Shown here one piece after another: positions 16,160 to 31,108 of a stretch of DNA of 64,000 bases (the stretch's first letter is position 1; every line of letters starts with the position of its first letter). The translations under genes and the position numbers were made by a program. Source of the stretch: Macrostomum lignano (lineage: Eukaryota); the NCBI GenBank assembly GCA_002269645.1, contig NIVC01003597.1:1-64000 (forward strand), written 5' to 3'. The notes beneath the pieces were generated by a model. The model had not been told where the DNA came from, made no database searches, and was given only the letters and a program-made list of their open reading frames with translations.

Positions 16160-19100
16160 ATGGCCGACAATGAGCAGCTTCGCTATGAGCGCAACCAGAA
16201 CCAGCTGGAGCGGGCCAGAAAGATGCAGGAGCGCCGACTGGCCCGGAGCACCGGCACTGTGCAGAGGAACGACGCCCGGCCGGTCAGCGGACGGCGGAGC
16301 GCCGGCCGAGAAAATGAACGGGCGCCGCTGGTGCCGGTGGCCGCAGTGAGGAGAGACGAGCCGGCGCACCAGTTTGGTGAGGAGTCTACTTCTCTTCTAT
16401 CGGGTCTACTTCTCTCCTATCGAGTCTACTTCTCTCCTATCGAGTCTACTTCTCTCCTATCGAGTCTACTTCTCTCCTATCGAGTCTACTTCTCTCCTAT
16501 CGAGTCTACTTCTCTCCTATCGGGTCTACTTCTCTCCTATCGAGTCTACTTCTCTCCTATCGAGTCTACTTCTCTCCTATCGAGTCTACTTCTCTCCTAT
16601 CGAGTCTACTTCTCTCATATCGAGTCTACTTCTCTCCTATTGGGTCTACTTCTCTCCTTTTGGGTCTACTTATCCTATCGAGTCTACTTCTCTCCTATCG
16701 AGTCTACTTCTCTCCTATCGAGTCTACTTCTCTCCTATTGGGTCTACTTCTCTCCTATCGAGTCTAATTCTCTCCTATAGCGTCCAGGTGCCCAAGGAAC
16801 ATTTTTATTGAGGCCACAAAAGCGCCCGAGACAGCGGGTATCCTGTTGCACAGAAGAAACCATGCTGTGACCCCCCACCAGCCAAGCGCGGACAGGAAAT
16901 GCGCAAGGACTGACTCGCTAAGGCTGAAAGCAGAGCAGGTGTGAGCCTTATGGTGCACAACTTGAGCCTATGCGATTGCGCTTGGTTTGTAGGTACACTT
17001 CTGAATTCTCGCTCTAGGCTAACCTAAATGACCCAGGCTCTTTTCTTGTAGTCAAGCGTTGAGGGTGACTGATTAAATTAAATTAATGCGCCATTTCTTT
17101 CTGGGAAAGCACTTTGTGGAATTTGTTAGCGGGTGCCTGAGGTACGTATCTGCGCGAGTGCTCAAGAGTCAGCGGAATTGGCATGACTGCTCACCTGACG
17201 AGAATCAGATGAGACTCAGATGAGAGTCAGATGAGAGTCAGATGAGAGTCAGATGAGAGTCAGATGAGAGTCAGATGAGAGTCAGATGAGAGTCATATGA
17301 GAGTCAGATGAGAGCCAGATGAGAGTCAGATGAGAGTCAGATGAGAGCCAGATGAGAGTCAGATGAGAGTCAGATAAGAGTCATGTAACGTTATTTTTAT
17401 ATTAAGAAGTCCTTGGCCCGGCTGTCCATGTCAGAAAAACGGTACACAATGTACTTTATTTCCAACCGCCGTTTCACAGCCTACGTTGGGCCGCAGCCGT
17501 CGGTGAACCCGGACGGCATGGTACTGTCAACAAAGGTACGCGAGCTGAGCATCGAGCCGGACAACGAAGAGGACGGGCCGGCGGCAGTCGGCAAGCGGCG
17601 CAACCATCGACAACGTGACAGCAGCGACGACGAGGCGGCGTCGAGCGGCGGAGGCTCGAACCACCGCGGAGACGTCGACAGTGAAGGTCGCAGGCGTCGA
17701 GGAGAAAATAAGAAATCGTCGGCGGCTCGAAGGCGGCACTCGCCGGAAGAGACGCGCGTCAAGTCTACGTCGTCCGGCAAGGCGAAGGCAGCCGCCGCGG
17801 CGACAGGTTCGTCAAAGTCGTCAAAGTCGTCGAAGTCGAGGTCGACCAGGACTCGGTCGGTGTCCTCATCTAGCGAGGAGGCAAACCATGCCAGCAGCAA
17901 CGGACGCAGCGATGCTGTACACGTTGACGACTACGAAGACGCTTCAGTCAGCGACAGCGACAGCGGCCGGGACCGAGGCAGGCGGCGGCGGCCTGACGGC
18001 GATAAGTGTCGTAAAGCGCCAACAGTTTCAGCGACCTCGTCGCGTCGACGCGGTGAGCAGCACGATCGACAACGGCGGCGCCGGAGTCGCAGCCCGGACG
18101 AAGATGAGACGGAGGACGGCGACATCCGGGAGGCGGCCAGCGATCTCGACGAGACGCCCGTCAGTCCCAGCATCAGCCAGGCTGGGGACAGGGCGGCCAA
18201 GACGGTGAGGCATTTCGGGCTTCGGTTCGAACTGTGTTGTTGATACGGTGTTAGATATTGTGTTAGATATTGTGTTAGATACGGTGTTGGGTACTGTGTT
18301 AGATACGGTGTTAGATACTGTGTTAGATACTGTGTTAAATACGGTGTTGGGTACTGTGTTAGATACGGTGTTAGATACTGTGTTAGATACTGTGTTAGAT
18401 ACGGTGTTGGATACTGTGTTAGATACGGTGTTAGATACGGTGTTGGATACTGTGTTAGATACGGTGTTAGATACGGTGTTGGATACTGTGTTAGATACGG
18501 TGTTGGATACGGTGTTGGATACTGTGTTAGATATTGTGTTAGATATTGTGTTAGATACGGTGTTGGATACTGTGTTAGATACGGTGTTAGATACGGTGTT
18601 AGATACGGTGTTAGATACGGTGCTAGATACTGTGTTAGATACGGTGTTGGATACTGTGTTGGATACTGTGTTAGTTACGGTGTTAGATACTGTGTTAGAT
18701 ACGGTGTTGGATACTGTGTTAGATACGGTGTTGGATACTGTGTTGGATACTGTGTTAGATACGGTGTTGGATACTGTGTTGGATACTGTGTTAGATACGG
18801 TGTTGGATACTGTGTTGGATACTGTGTTAGATACGGTGTTGGATACTGTGTTAGATTTGGTTTTAGATAAGGTGCTACAGAGGGTGGTGTTAGATATGGT
18901 ATTTAAATAAGGTGTTAGATATGATGTTAGATATGGCGTTAGCTATGATGCTCTATATGGTGGTGTCAGTTACGGTGTTAGATATAGCGTTAGATGTGGT
19001 GTTAGATACGATTTTTGGTGCAGTGCTTATACTAAAAGCACTACAAAGTTGATGTCGCTCATACAAACAGCAGCAGCAGCAGCAGCAGCCGTCCGCCTCT

Positions 19101-21897
19101 CGTCAGCTGTCGCTGGTGCCCGACCCGACATCCGACCCGGAGCAGTTCGCTGTGCAGCCGGCGCCGCAGGGCGTCACTCTGAAGTGCCGCATCAGCCGGG
19201 ACTCGCGCGGCCTGGACCGGTCGCGCTACCCCACCTACTACCTGCACCTCGAGCGCGACGACGGCAAGCGGATCTTCGTGTTGGCTGCCCGACGCCGCAA
19301 AAAGTCGTCGACGTCCAACTATCTGATCTCGTGCGACCCGACCAACCTGGCCAGAGCCGGCGAGAGCTTTGTCGGCAAATTGCGCAGCAACTTTCTTGGC
19401 ACGGCGTTCACCGTGTTCGACAACGGCGAGTCGCCGAAACGCGTCGGCACGGAGTCGTCTCGACGCGAACTGGCCGCCGTCACCTACGAGACTAACGTCA
19501 TGGGCTTTCGGGGGCCAAGAAAGATGACGGTCATTGTGCCGGCCATGACCCCGGACCAGCGACGGGTTGAGGTGCGGCCGAGAGGCGGCAGCAGCGGCGA
19601 CACCCTGCTGGAGCGACACAAGCGCGGCGACATGACCAACTTGCTGGAGCTGCAGAACAAAACGCCAGTGTGGAATGACAGTGAGACTTTTGTTGGCTGT
19701 TGTTTTTTGCATTGCCAGAATTGCTTTTCAGGTTTTTAATGATGCACCAGTGTTAGGAAGATGGCGTAACGGTTCAAAAACTATTAACTGTTTACTAGTT
19801 TTAGATTTTAGATAAAGTGTTATATATGGTGGTGATAGATATTGTGTTAGATATGATTTTAGATAAAGTGTTAGATATGGTGGTGTTAGATATTGTGTTA
19901 GAGATGATTTTAGATAAAGTGTTAGATATGGTGGTGTTAGATATTGTGTTAGATATGATTTTAGATAAAGTGTTATATATGGTGGTGTTAGATATTGTGT
20001 TAGATATGATTTTAGATAAAGTGTTAGATATGGTGGTGTTAGATATTGTGTTAGATACGGTGTTAGATAGGTGTTAAATATGGTGTTAAATATGGTATTC
20101 GATACCAGTACGGTGTTGCATGTGGTGTTGGACATGGTGTTAGACATGGTGTTAGATACGAACAAGCATTATTTTTACAAACCGTCGGGACTCTTCCTAT
20201 CTCGAATTCATTTAAAAAAAAATTCCTGTGATAAGCCTTCTATGATGCAAGTGGCAGTCTCAGTCTGCTACAGAGAATATTCGAAAGAGATTGAAATCCA
20301 ACTGATTTTAGATACTGAAAATCTAAAGGAAACATTTTGTGTTTGCTAGTAACAAGTTTACAATCGAGCGAAAAAATTCCACTTCTTCAATGACACTGAA
20401 TGACTTTTTAAAACTAAATTTACCAGCACAACCGACCCTACTCACTCTCAGGCACGCAGTCCTATGTGCTCAACTTTCACGGGCGCGTCACGCAGGCTTC
20501 GGTTAAGAACTTTCAAATCGTCCACGCAAACGATGGTGAGATGCCTACATAATAGTTGAATTATTACTATTGAAAAATAAATTACCGACATGGACAGTTG
20601 CAGTAGGACGCTACAGTCGATTTTCTTAGAAATGATTCGAAGTTTGGTAATGAGCGCATATCTGTCGTATCGCTAGGGTATTCGGTATGCTCTCGAGAGC
20701 TCGGATTTTTCTCGACCAAGTTTGTCTATGGCAAAAACCCCATTCAGCACCTGCGTTCACTGGCAATACGGCAAGCATACGCTGCTTACCAACCGGCGGG
20801 AGCTGAGAGCGGGAAGGTGGCGGGAGCTGAGAGCGGGAAGGTGGCGGGAGCTGAGAGCGGGAAGGTGGCGGGAGCTGAGAGCGGGTAGGTGGCGGGAGCT
20901 GAGAGCGGGAAGGTAGCGGGAGCTGAGAGCGGGAAGGTGGCGGGAGCTGAGAGCGGGTAGGTGGCGGGAGCTGAGAGCGGGTAGGTGGCGGGAGCTGAGA
21001 GCGGGAAGGTGGCGGGAGCTGAGAGCGGGAAGGTGGCGGGAGCTGAGAGCGGGAAGGTGGCGGGAGCTGAGAGCGGGAAGGTAGCGGGAGCTGAGAGCGG
21101 GAAGGTGGCGGGAGCTGAGAGCGGGAAGGTGGCGGGAGCTGAGAGCGGGAAGGTGGCGGGAGCTGAGAGCGGGAAGGTGGCAGGAGCTGAGAGCGGGAAG
21201 GTGGCGGGAGCTGAGAGCGGGAAGGTGGCGGGAGCTGAGAGCGGGAAGGTGGCGGGAGCTGAGAGCGGGAAGGTGGCGGGAGCTGAGAGCGGGAAGGTGG
21301 CGGGAGCTGAGAGCGGGAAGGTGGCGGGAGCTGAGAGCGGGAAGGTGGCGGGAGCTGAGAGCGGGAAGGTGGCGGGAGCTGAGAGCGGGAAGGTGGCGGG
21401 AGCTGAGAACGGGAAGGTGGCGGGAGCTGAGAGCGGGAAAGTAGCATGAGCTGAGATCGGGAAGGTGGCGGGAGCTGAGAGCAGGAAGGTGGCGGGAGCT
21501 GAGAGCGGGAAGGTGGCGGGAGCTGAGAGCGGGAAGGTGTCCAGCTTATTTCCAAGAAATTCTATTGCAGCCTTCCTTTTGCCTCTCTTGTCCTTGATTG
21601 ACGCAAAGTTGAAAGTGTAGTTTTATACCTAAAGTTCTCAAATATTTCGAAATGAATTACCTGAATGGAAGTTTTATGAAAGGCTTGCTTTTACAAGTTT
21701 GAAAGTGACTAATCAAGAGTCTTTGACTGAATCAATAAGAGCTACTCCCCTTCCCTTGCACAGTGGACTACATCGTGATGCAGTTCGGTCGCATCTCGGA
21801 CGACCTGTTCACCATGGACTTCGCTTACCCGCTCTGCGCTCTGCAGGCCTTCGGCATCGCGCTGTCCTCCTTCGACGGCAAGCTGGCGTGCGAATGA
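16160..21897 (+). CDS. TUB: Tubby-family protein (TUB/TULP), about 589 aa, 5 exons
   Basis: Exons 16160-16376, 17480-18204, 19071-19680, 20452-20535, 21764-21897; phases compatible, total 1770 nt. Tubby domain: [91 protein letters not shown] and the canonical C-terminus [10 protein letters not shown]. Symbol is family-level. Confidence 0.95.
16381..16779. repeat. 20-nt minisatellite (CGAGTCTACTTCTCTCCTAT)n, about 20 units, tubby intron 1
   Basis: Starts within 5 nt of the donor at 16377; period 20 is visible line to line. Confidence 0.98.
17205..17383. repeat. 11-nt minisatellite (TGAGAGTCAGA)n, about 16 units, tubby intron 1
   Basis: Direct reading; period 11. Confidence 0.97.
18242..19010. 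repeat. 12-nt minisatellite (GATACKGTGTTR)n, tubby intron 2, degenerating at its right end
   Basis: Units GATACGGTGTTA / GATACTGTGTTA / GATACTGTGTTG; source of the spurious (LDTV)n ORF. Confidence 0.98.
19800..20160. repeat. 51-nt higher-order repeat built from 12/15-nt GTGTTAGATA-type subunits, tubby intron 3
   Basis: AGATAAAGTG recurs at 19810, 19861, 19912, 19963 and 20014; shares its core with the intron 2 array. Confidence 0.93.
20795..21539. repeat. 24-nt G-rich minisatellite (GGTGGCGGGAGCTGAGAGCGGGAA)n, about 31 units, tubby intron 4
   Basis: Direct reading; gives the spurious (AGAESGKV)n and (SRSQLPPP)n ORFs. Confidence 0.99.
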
Positions 21898-22117
21898 ATG
21901 AAATAAGTGGAATTAAAAAACACTTGAATCGTTAATCGAATAAATCTGTTACCGTCCTTGTATTCATATCAGAAGCAAATGTTGTACGATACCTGAATAA
22001 ATTCGAGGCGTGAATTGGGGCACGAAAATTGACCGGCGGGGGGGTTACCACTGGTTGTGGGACGATGTCGTCGATGAACGCTGCGCCAGAGTGCTCAAAG
22101 CCCTCCAGCGAATAGGA

Positions 22118-22148
<31 letters not shown>

Positions 22149-25107
22149 ATCCGCGCACCAAAGAACTATCTATCCTTCGTCTAGTGCAGTTGAAGTATTC
22201 TAGATTATCCGTCTCTGTCTTGCAATATTACGCCCGTACCTGAGCATCACACAAAATTTCTGTTCTAGTGTTGTGTGTTTAGCAGATAAATTCTATCAAT
22301 ATTCTACCAAAATGGTTGTGTTTCAAGTTCGATCTCATGCGAATGTAACGTTTCTGCTCATTCTTAATCTTATTCATGCGGCACCATTGTGCTCGACGAA
22401 ATTTTTATTCAACCTGAATTTTTCAGCCGTTTTTTGTCATTTTTTGTTGAATTTTGTTATAATCGCGTTCCTTTTTTCCTGTCGTTCGTCGCCGCAGCCC
22501 GTCCAGATTTTTTTGCATGCCATCTGCTGCGCTTTGCGTCAAGTACTATACTGATTGCCTTGCTGTTAGACTCGCTCGAAATCGACCGTTTTTTCTTTTG
22601 AAATAATCCAGCCATTCTGAGCCATTCTGACTCCAAGTTTCGTAATTCGATTCCTTGCGCGGCCACATTCAATTGGGGATTGGTGTAACAAAACTTGGCA
22701 CAGAAAGTGTACATGCCCTGACGATTAGAAAGTCAAGGGGCCGCTGTACACCCTGCGTGAGCGTGTGTTTGATTGAATGCCTGTGTACAGCATTGGCGCG
22801 CTTGTATGTGTTCAGGAGTAAGTGGAATTGCAGAATTGCTTCAGAGCTGGTTGTGGGGTGATGTCACTTGGGAATACAATCCCGGGATTGGCATTGGAGA
22901 CCGCCTAGACTGGCTAGATGGACCACTAATTACATTTACGAGTATGCTACTTTCAGTTCAGTAGCAAGTTAAATATAGTGGTATTTTAATGTATTTTGTG
23001 ACAGGACTCGTTTATTGGCCCCTCTCACTCCCAGCTAAGCCCCTCCAAGCGCGTCTTACGCATAAAATCCCTACCCCCGCCATCCGCCAATCTTTATTGC
23101 CTATCTTAGTGTTCCAGCCTAAATCGGCCATGTACATTTATATAGGCCCGCTTAATGGGCCTCTTACCCCCTCCCTCCGACCTCGTCTTTCCGCACAAAA
23201 TCTCCAACCCTCGCCCCGCCGCCAAATTTTTATTGCCTTCTAAGCTTAAAAGCTGCCTTCTATGTACATTTTCAGTGAGTGGCGCTGGCTAATGTACATT
23301 ATGTTAATGTTTAGGACTCCAACTACTTTTCTTTGCATAAAATAGCTTTAAAATTCCTCCTTGCTACTGAACTGAAAGTAGATAGACTATTACTTACGCT
23401 AGAAAACCGTGGCTTTCGATTTCTATCACAAATCTCTTGTAGATTAAAGTCCTATCTGTGAACAAATATTTAATCAAACATATACCAGCTTCGTGTACTC
23501 TTTGGAGGTCTCGATGCTTGTACTGCTGTGAGTAGAAATGCAAATTCGCATTATTATATTTTTCTTTATTATATTCCCGAATTTCGCACCCTACACGGCA
23601 GGTCAAAGCAGTCGCTAAACCTGTTCTTGAGCTAGAATATTTTTTTTTCTTCAAGTTATTCGCACCTCATCCGTACTGACCAGGTGGCTCCCCGATGGAG
23701 CACCCGAGAGATCACGACACCCCTCCAGTCAGACAAGCCCACGCGTCTATTCATCGTGCGCTTTAACTAGTCAAGCACTCATTGTAACGCGTTTTATTGA
23801 TTGATTAAAAAATGTTCAAACTTGATTGTCAGTCTGCTTTAGTCTTAGATTTCTATAGCTATTTCTAGCATTCGAGCTACTCCAGAGTTTTCCTGTCTTG
23901 TGTTGACTCCAAATCTGTGAGCAAGGACCACTAGAAGTTACCGTTGTATCAGGACGCAACACTCGTAAATATTGCAAAATTATTTGAAGGCCCGCTTGTT
24001 TACGTGTATTTATCGGTACTTGCCTTCAAAAAAGTATTCTACTTGACTGTTTTAAAGAAGCATGCACTACATTTGAGCCTCAGAAGCTCCATAAATAGGT
24101 GTATTTATACTTTATTTAGGCTTTAATCTGTTAAATCTAGATATTTTAAGTAATTATGTCATTATATGCAACTTTGCAACTCGATCGTTTTAAAATTTCT
24201 GAAGTTTTTATGCCCACAGCAGACATACTATATAAATTGGCGAAAGCGTGAGAAAAGGATCAGATGGGCTTCTAACTAGTTTACTATCAACAAAAAGTAA
24301 TATTTTTAGCTTATAAGCTTAGCCTTTAGCTGTATGACTAAGTTATAGCCCTATCATACTAAAACTTTAACTGCTACTAGCCTAGGCCTAACATGATAAA
24401 ATTCTAGATTCTGTTACTGTTTTGAAATAGGCCTAGTTCACAATTAAATCTATATAGTTGATTACTTACAGTGGTTACAGGACAACATTCTAATACTTAT
24501 ATAGTTTAGATTGGTATAGCATAATGTAATATAGTGGATAGAATCCTTGTTAGTTTTTTGCAAGAAAGTTTTATATAGAAGTTTATAAATTCCATATTAT
24601 ACAATTTCAATTAGTAATTAATTAATAAAAGTAATATTAATTAATTAATTAATTAATATAATATTAATTAATTGAGTAATTAATTAGTAATTAATCAATC
24701 AGTAGTCCTTAAATGGCCATTAATTTTTTTTATATTATTAATTATACTGGATTAATTAGGCCTATATTATTTTACTAAGCTGAAGTTTTATGTTTAAAAC
24801 TGAAGTCTAGGGTAAAAGAATAATGTTTTCACTATATATTAACATGACAAATAGAAAAAAAAACATTTTAGCCTAGGCTAAACTTGAAGACAAATATAGC
24901 TGTACTCAGTAAGTATTATAGACAATATGTTTTTTGTTTATTTAGCAATATGGCTTGTAGTTTTTATAGCTTTTGTTGTTAATACAATAATATTTTGAAG
25001 CCTAAGATATTTATTTCCTTACTTATTAAGACAGTTTTGTATAGTAGGATATATACTATTGTTAGACTTACCTCAAGGTATTGCCCTAACTATAGGCCTA
25101 GCTTTGG

Positions 25108-25641
25108 CGGGAGGGAGGGAGGAGGAGAGAGGAGGGAAAGAGAAAAATAGGGGAAAGAGAAGCAAGGGGAGAGGGAAGAGATGAGAAGGAGAAAGAAGAG
25201 AGATGAGATAAGAGAGAAAGGAAAAAGTAGAGAAGAGAGAAAAGAGAAGAGAAAAAAGGAGAAAGGAGAGATGGAGAAATTAAAGGGAAGAGAAAAGAGG
25301 AGAAAGGAGAGATGGAGAAAGTAAAGGGAAGAGAAAAGAGATAAGATTGTAGAAATGAGAGAGATGAAAGAAGAGATGAGATAAAGGAGAGTGGAGAGAA
25401 AAGAGAGGGAGAGTAGAGAAGAAGGTAGAGAAGAGAAGAGAAAGGAAAGAGAGGAGTCAAAAGAGGGGAAAGAAAAGAGTACAGAGGAGAGATAGATATG
25501 AGAGAAGAAATGAGACAGGAAAGAGTAGATAGGAGAGAGAATCGAGAAGAGAGGAGAGAGGATCGAGAAGAGGGAGGAGTAGAAAGATGATAGGAGAGAT
25601 GAAAAATGAGAACAGAGACAGGAGAGGGGAGAAGAGGAAAT

Positions 25642-25714
<73 letters not shown>
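25108..25714. repeat. Polypurine (GA-rich) low-complexity tract ending in (AG)n
   Basis: About 600 nt, almost exclusively A/G on the plus strand, with a pure (AG)n run at about 25644-25714. Confidence 0.95.
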
Positions 25715-27137
25715 CTCTACCTAACCTAATCTAGTTTTTTATCAGTGCAATAGAGAGAGAATTAACTAGAAACAAATATTTTGTCGTTCATTGCAAAGCA
25801 GATATTTATTGATCTCACATTGGTTTCATTCCAGGTGTGCCAATTCATCCAATCTAGATGTTCATCCATCAATGTCTGATGAGCTACCATGGTGAAGTAC
25901 GGTACTTATGATTCATTATGCTTTGTGATTTCAAGAGATTTTTTGGACAGAATGACTCGATTGATATGGAAGTTCAAGTTTAAAATACATACATAGGCTT
26001 ACTTTTAGTTTTTTGCTTAGTTTTCTTATTTCGCATGCATTTTTATGAAATTAGAAGTTTTTATATCGAAAGTGAACTTTAATACAAATAAAGTTGGTGA
26101 TACTGTACAAGTTTTATTTGACTCCTACTGTTCATTTGAACAGCAAAAGAAAGATTATGAATGTTGGAGTCCTTGTTGGGCTGGTGTGCCAAGAATTCAA
26201 AAATACTACGCCTTTCTTGATTTTGATAATACTGGTTTTTGATAGTGAAGTGTATAACGCCTTTGCAGCCTGCTCAACTCTGTACAGATTATCTGCTTTA
26301 TAAAGCTTCAAAACTGCAGGATATAAAGCATGGTCTGCTACTTTATCGAGACTAGGAGGCTATGGTTGAAAAAACAAACTTTATATTCATTTTGACTGCA
26401 ATGAAATATTGCGTATTGCCGTTACTTTACTGTACGCCCGCCGCTCCTACATGTAGATATAGCGCCAAACTTTGCATCATGTGAAAGAGAACAAAATTTT
26501 GAGCAACCTGGCGAAAAAATTATCATTCTAGGTGCAACCAGTCCGGAGTTATGAGCATTTAAAGTTTAGCTGCAATGCAAACAAGCGGGCCTTCAAATAA
26601 TTTTGCAATATTTACAAGTGTTGCGTCCTGATGCAACGGTGACTTCTAGTGGTCCTTGTCTGTGAGCTGGACCAATTTATTTTCTGGACATCTTATTCAA
26701 ATCGAAATCTATGTTGACTTTTATATAGGCCGGAAAAACATAATATAACTACAGAATTTTGTATATTGTCGGACGTCTCTTAGAACGGCTAATCGACAAA
26801 AATCTTGAAACCTCCGCCAATTTCTTGCAGTTCATTTTTTATTTCGTATTTAGTTGGGGAATTAAAAGAACACGAGAAAAACTCACACTTTGTCAAGCGG
26901 CTGTTTACTGACGAATGTTTATAGTTTAATAAAACATTAGATTAAACAAAGAATCAAGTAAATTGTTTATTAAGTTTATCTACACACATGGCAACGAAAT
27001 TTGCGCTAATAAATTTTGCTTTTTTAATGAACATTAGTTCAGCTAATAGAAATTAGGCGGAAATGTTGTGTGTGGTGTGGCCTACTTGTAAGGGCAGAAT
27101 TAATTCAAACTGTTCTTTTGATGAATTCCAACACATG

Positions 27138-27654
27138 GTCACTCCATCTCCCCGTCACTCCAGCTCCCCGTCACTCCAGCTCCCCGTCACTCCAGCTCCC
27201 CGTCACTCCAGCTCCCCGTCACTCCAGCTCCCCGTCACTCCAGCTCCACGTCACTCCAGCTCCCCGTCACTCCAGCTCCCCGTCACTCCAGCTCCCCGTC
27301 ACTCCAGCTCCCCGTCACTCCAGCTCCCCGTCACTCCAGCTCCACGTCACTCCAGCTCCCCGTCACTCCAGCTCCACGTCACTCCAGCTCCCCGTCACTC
27401 CAGCTCCCCGTCACTCCAGCTCTCCGTCACTCCAGCTCCCCGTCACTCCAGCTCCCCGTCACTCCAGCTCCACGTCACTCCAGCTCCCCGTCACTCCAGC
27501 TCCCCGTCACTCCAGCTCCCCGTCACTCCAGCTCCCCGTCACTCCAGCTCCCCGTGACTCCAGCTCCCCGTCACTCCAGCTCCCCGTCACTCCAGCTCCC
27601 CGTGACTCCAGCTCCCCGTCACTCCAGCTCCCCGTCACTCCAGCTCCCCGTCAG
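27138..27654. repeat. 16-nt minisatellite (CCCCGTCACTCCAGCT)n, about 32 units, directly after the innexin stop codon
   Basis: Period 16; abuts the TAG stop at 27655-27657 on the minus strand. Confidence 0.99.
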
Positions 27655-29556
<1,902 letters not shown>

Positions 29557-31108
29557 GCCCGAATGTTTCCTGGCTTGCTTTTGCGGAGCAGTTAAGCTGC
29601 ACAGTGCTTGCTGTTTGGGACTGAGTTTTCAAGAATTCTTCTTTGTATGCGAGTATGACTTGTCTAATCTTATCTATGCGTCAAAGTTTGCCTGTACAAT
29701 CGGTGTCCAACGCAGGTCTGTGTGGGTTGCAGACTGAGACCAATCCGAGTTTTCCACTATCGTTCGACTCTCGCAACTAGAAAATTATACATAATTTTCC
29801 ATTTTTAGGTGACACAACCGAGGCCTTAGATTTCAAGAATTGATCGTTATGTGGTCCTACTTGGGAACAATATACTACTGACTAAAATAGCCCAAAGGCA
29901 AAAACAGCCGATGAGAAAGTTGCTTTATGGTTCAAAGTTGATAATTTTGTCAAACTTTCAGGCAACACAGATACAAAATTAACTAAATTGGTCACTCGCA
30001 AAAATCAACTACTCGTTCTCAGTAGCAAAATTTGCGTTTTTTGCCCTAATGATCGTAAAATCAAAGAAAAACATTATTCAATTTTACAAGCTATTTAAAG
30101 TTTCTGAAGCTGCAATAATCGCCTTCAACTACTAAAAGCAGACCCATTAAACTAGCATCTTAGCCTATACCAGACCCCACCACAGACTCGAAATTTAAAA
30201 AAATCAATTTTAGACTGTCCTGAAGATTTGCAGAGAAACTTAAAAAAGCCAAATCCAGTGAATAGCGAGCAAGAGAGAAAGGGGTGGCTGCCGCAGCCAG
30301 ACCAATAAACAGTTTGGCTTTCCTCTTGTCCGCTTGCGTCTGACTTTGACATATCTTTCGTTTAATGCTCTCTCATTGGCTGAGCTAGATTCGACCTGCC
30401 CCCCCCCCAGGCTGAGTTTCGTCCGTCTGACTTTGAAGTCTGTCCTTGCTGCTCTCTCATTGGCTGAGCTAGATGTGACATTAAATTTAAGCAACACTGC
30501 GCAGACAAACTACTGAAAATAGACTAGACGCTTGACTTTTTCACAGCTTTAACTGCGAGTGACACACGGCTCGTATCTAGTTTATTCCAGTATCTGCACC
30601 TGAGACCAAATACGAGCGACCAAACCTTTCATATTACATGTAAAATCAGTAAAAAGCGTCATAGTTATTTTTTGAAAAAGGCCAACATATACAGTTATTC
30701 ACCATTCTTACTACTTGTACTTATAAATAGCAGTAAGGCATGTTGAAGCAAACTAGAATTTTTCTATCAGAATGGCTCAACTGATATCAATTTGTCAATC
30801 GGATATCCAAGCACTGGTAAGTAGCATTACGTACGAGTATACATGCTAAAGAAATGTATTTATTTTTCAAAATCACTAAAGACCTTCTTAAATCGAAGGC
30901 GGTATTAAATATATTCTTAAACTCCAAACCCATTTCCCTGGGTCCTCTAGCACTTCCTGTGTCTTGTATAGCATCTGGCACTGTGGCTTCCTAGCGCTTA
31001 TTCTTCATATGCGTTTACTAGTTTGTCTATGGCCCAAATGGCTCCGAATTCAGTACAGTCAGTCAACGACTAAAGAAGCGAGAGATGAAGACTTTACTAA
31101 AATAAATT

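Noticed and set aside
15391-16173. 260-aa (LSSPL)n ORF
   Set aside because: Translation of the CTCTC microsatellite; no coding signal.
16374-21555. Long ORFs such as (LDTV)n, (AGAESGKV)n, (SRSQLPPP)n and the 20-mer ORFs
   Set aside because: All lie in tubby introns bounded by good GT-AG sites and arise from stop-free repeat units.
22020-22146. GC-rich patch ending in (TAT)n, like a truncated LINE 3-prime end
   Set aside because: No recognisable reverse transcriptase motif or TSD; cannot be supported without a repeat library.
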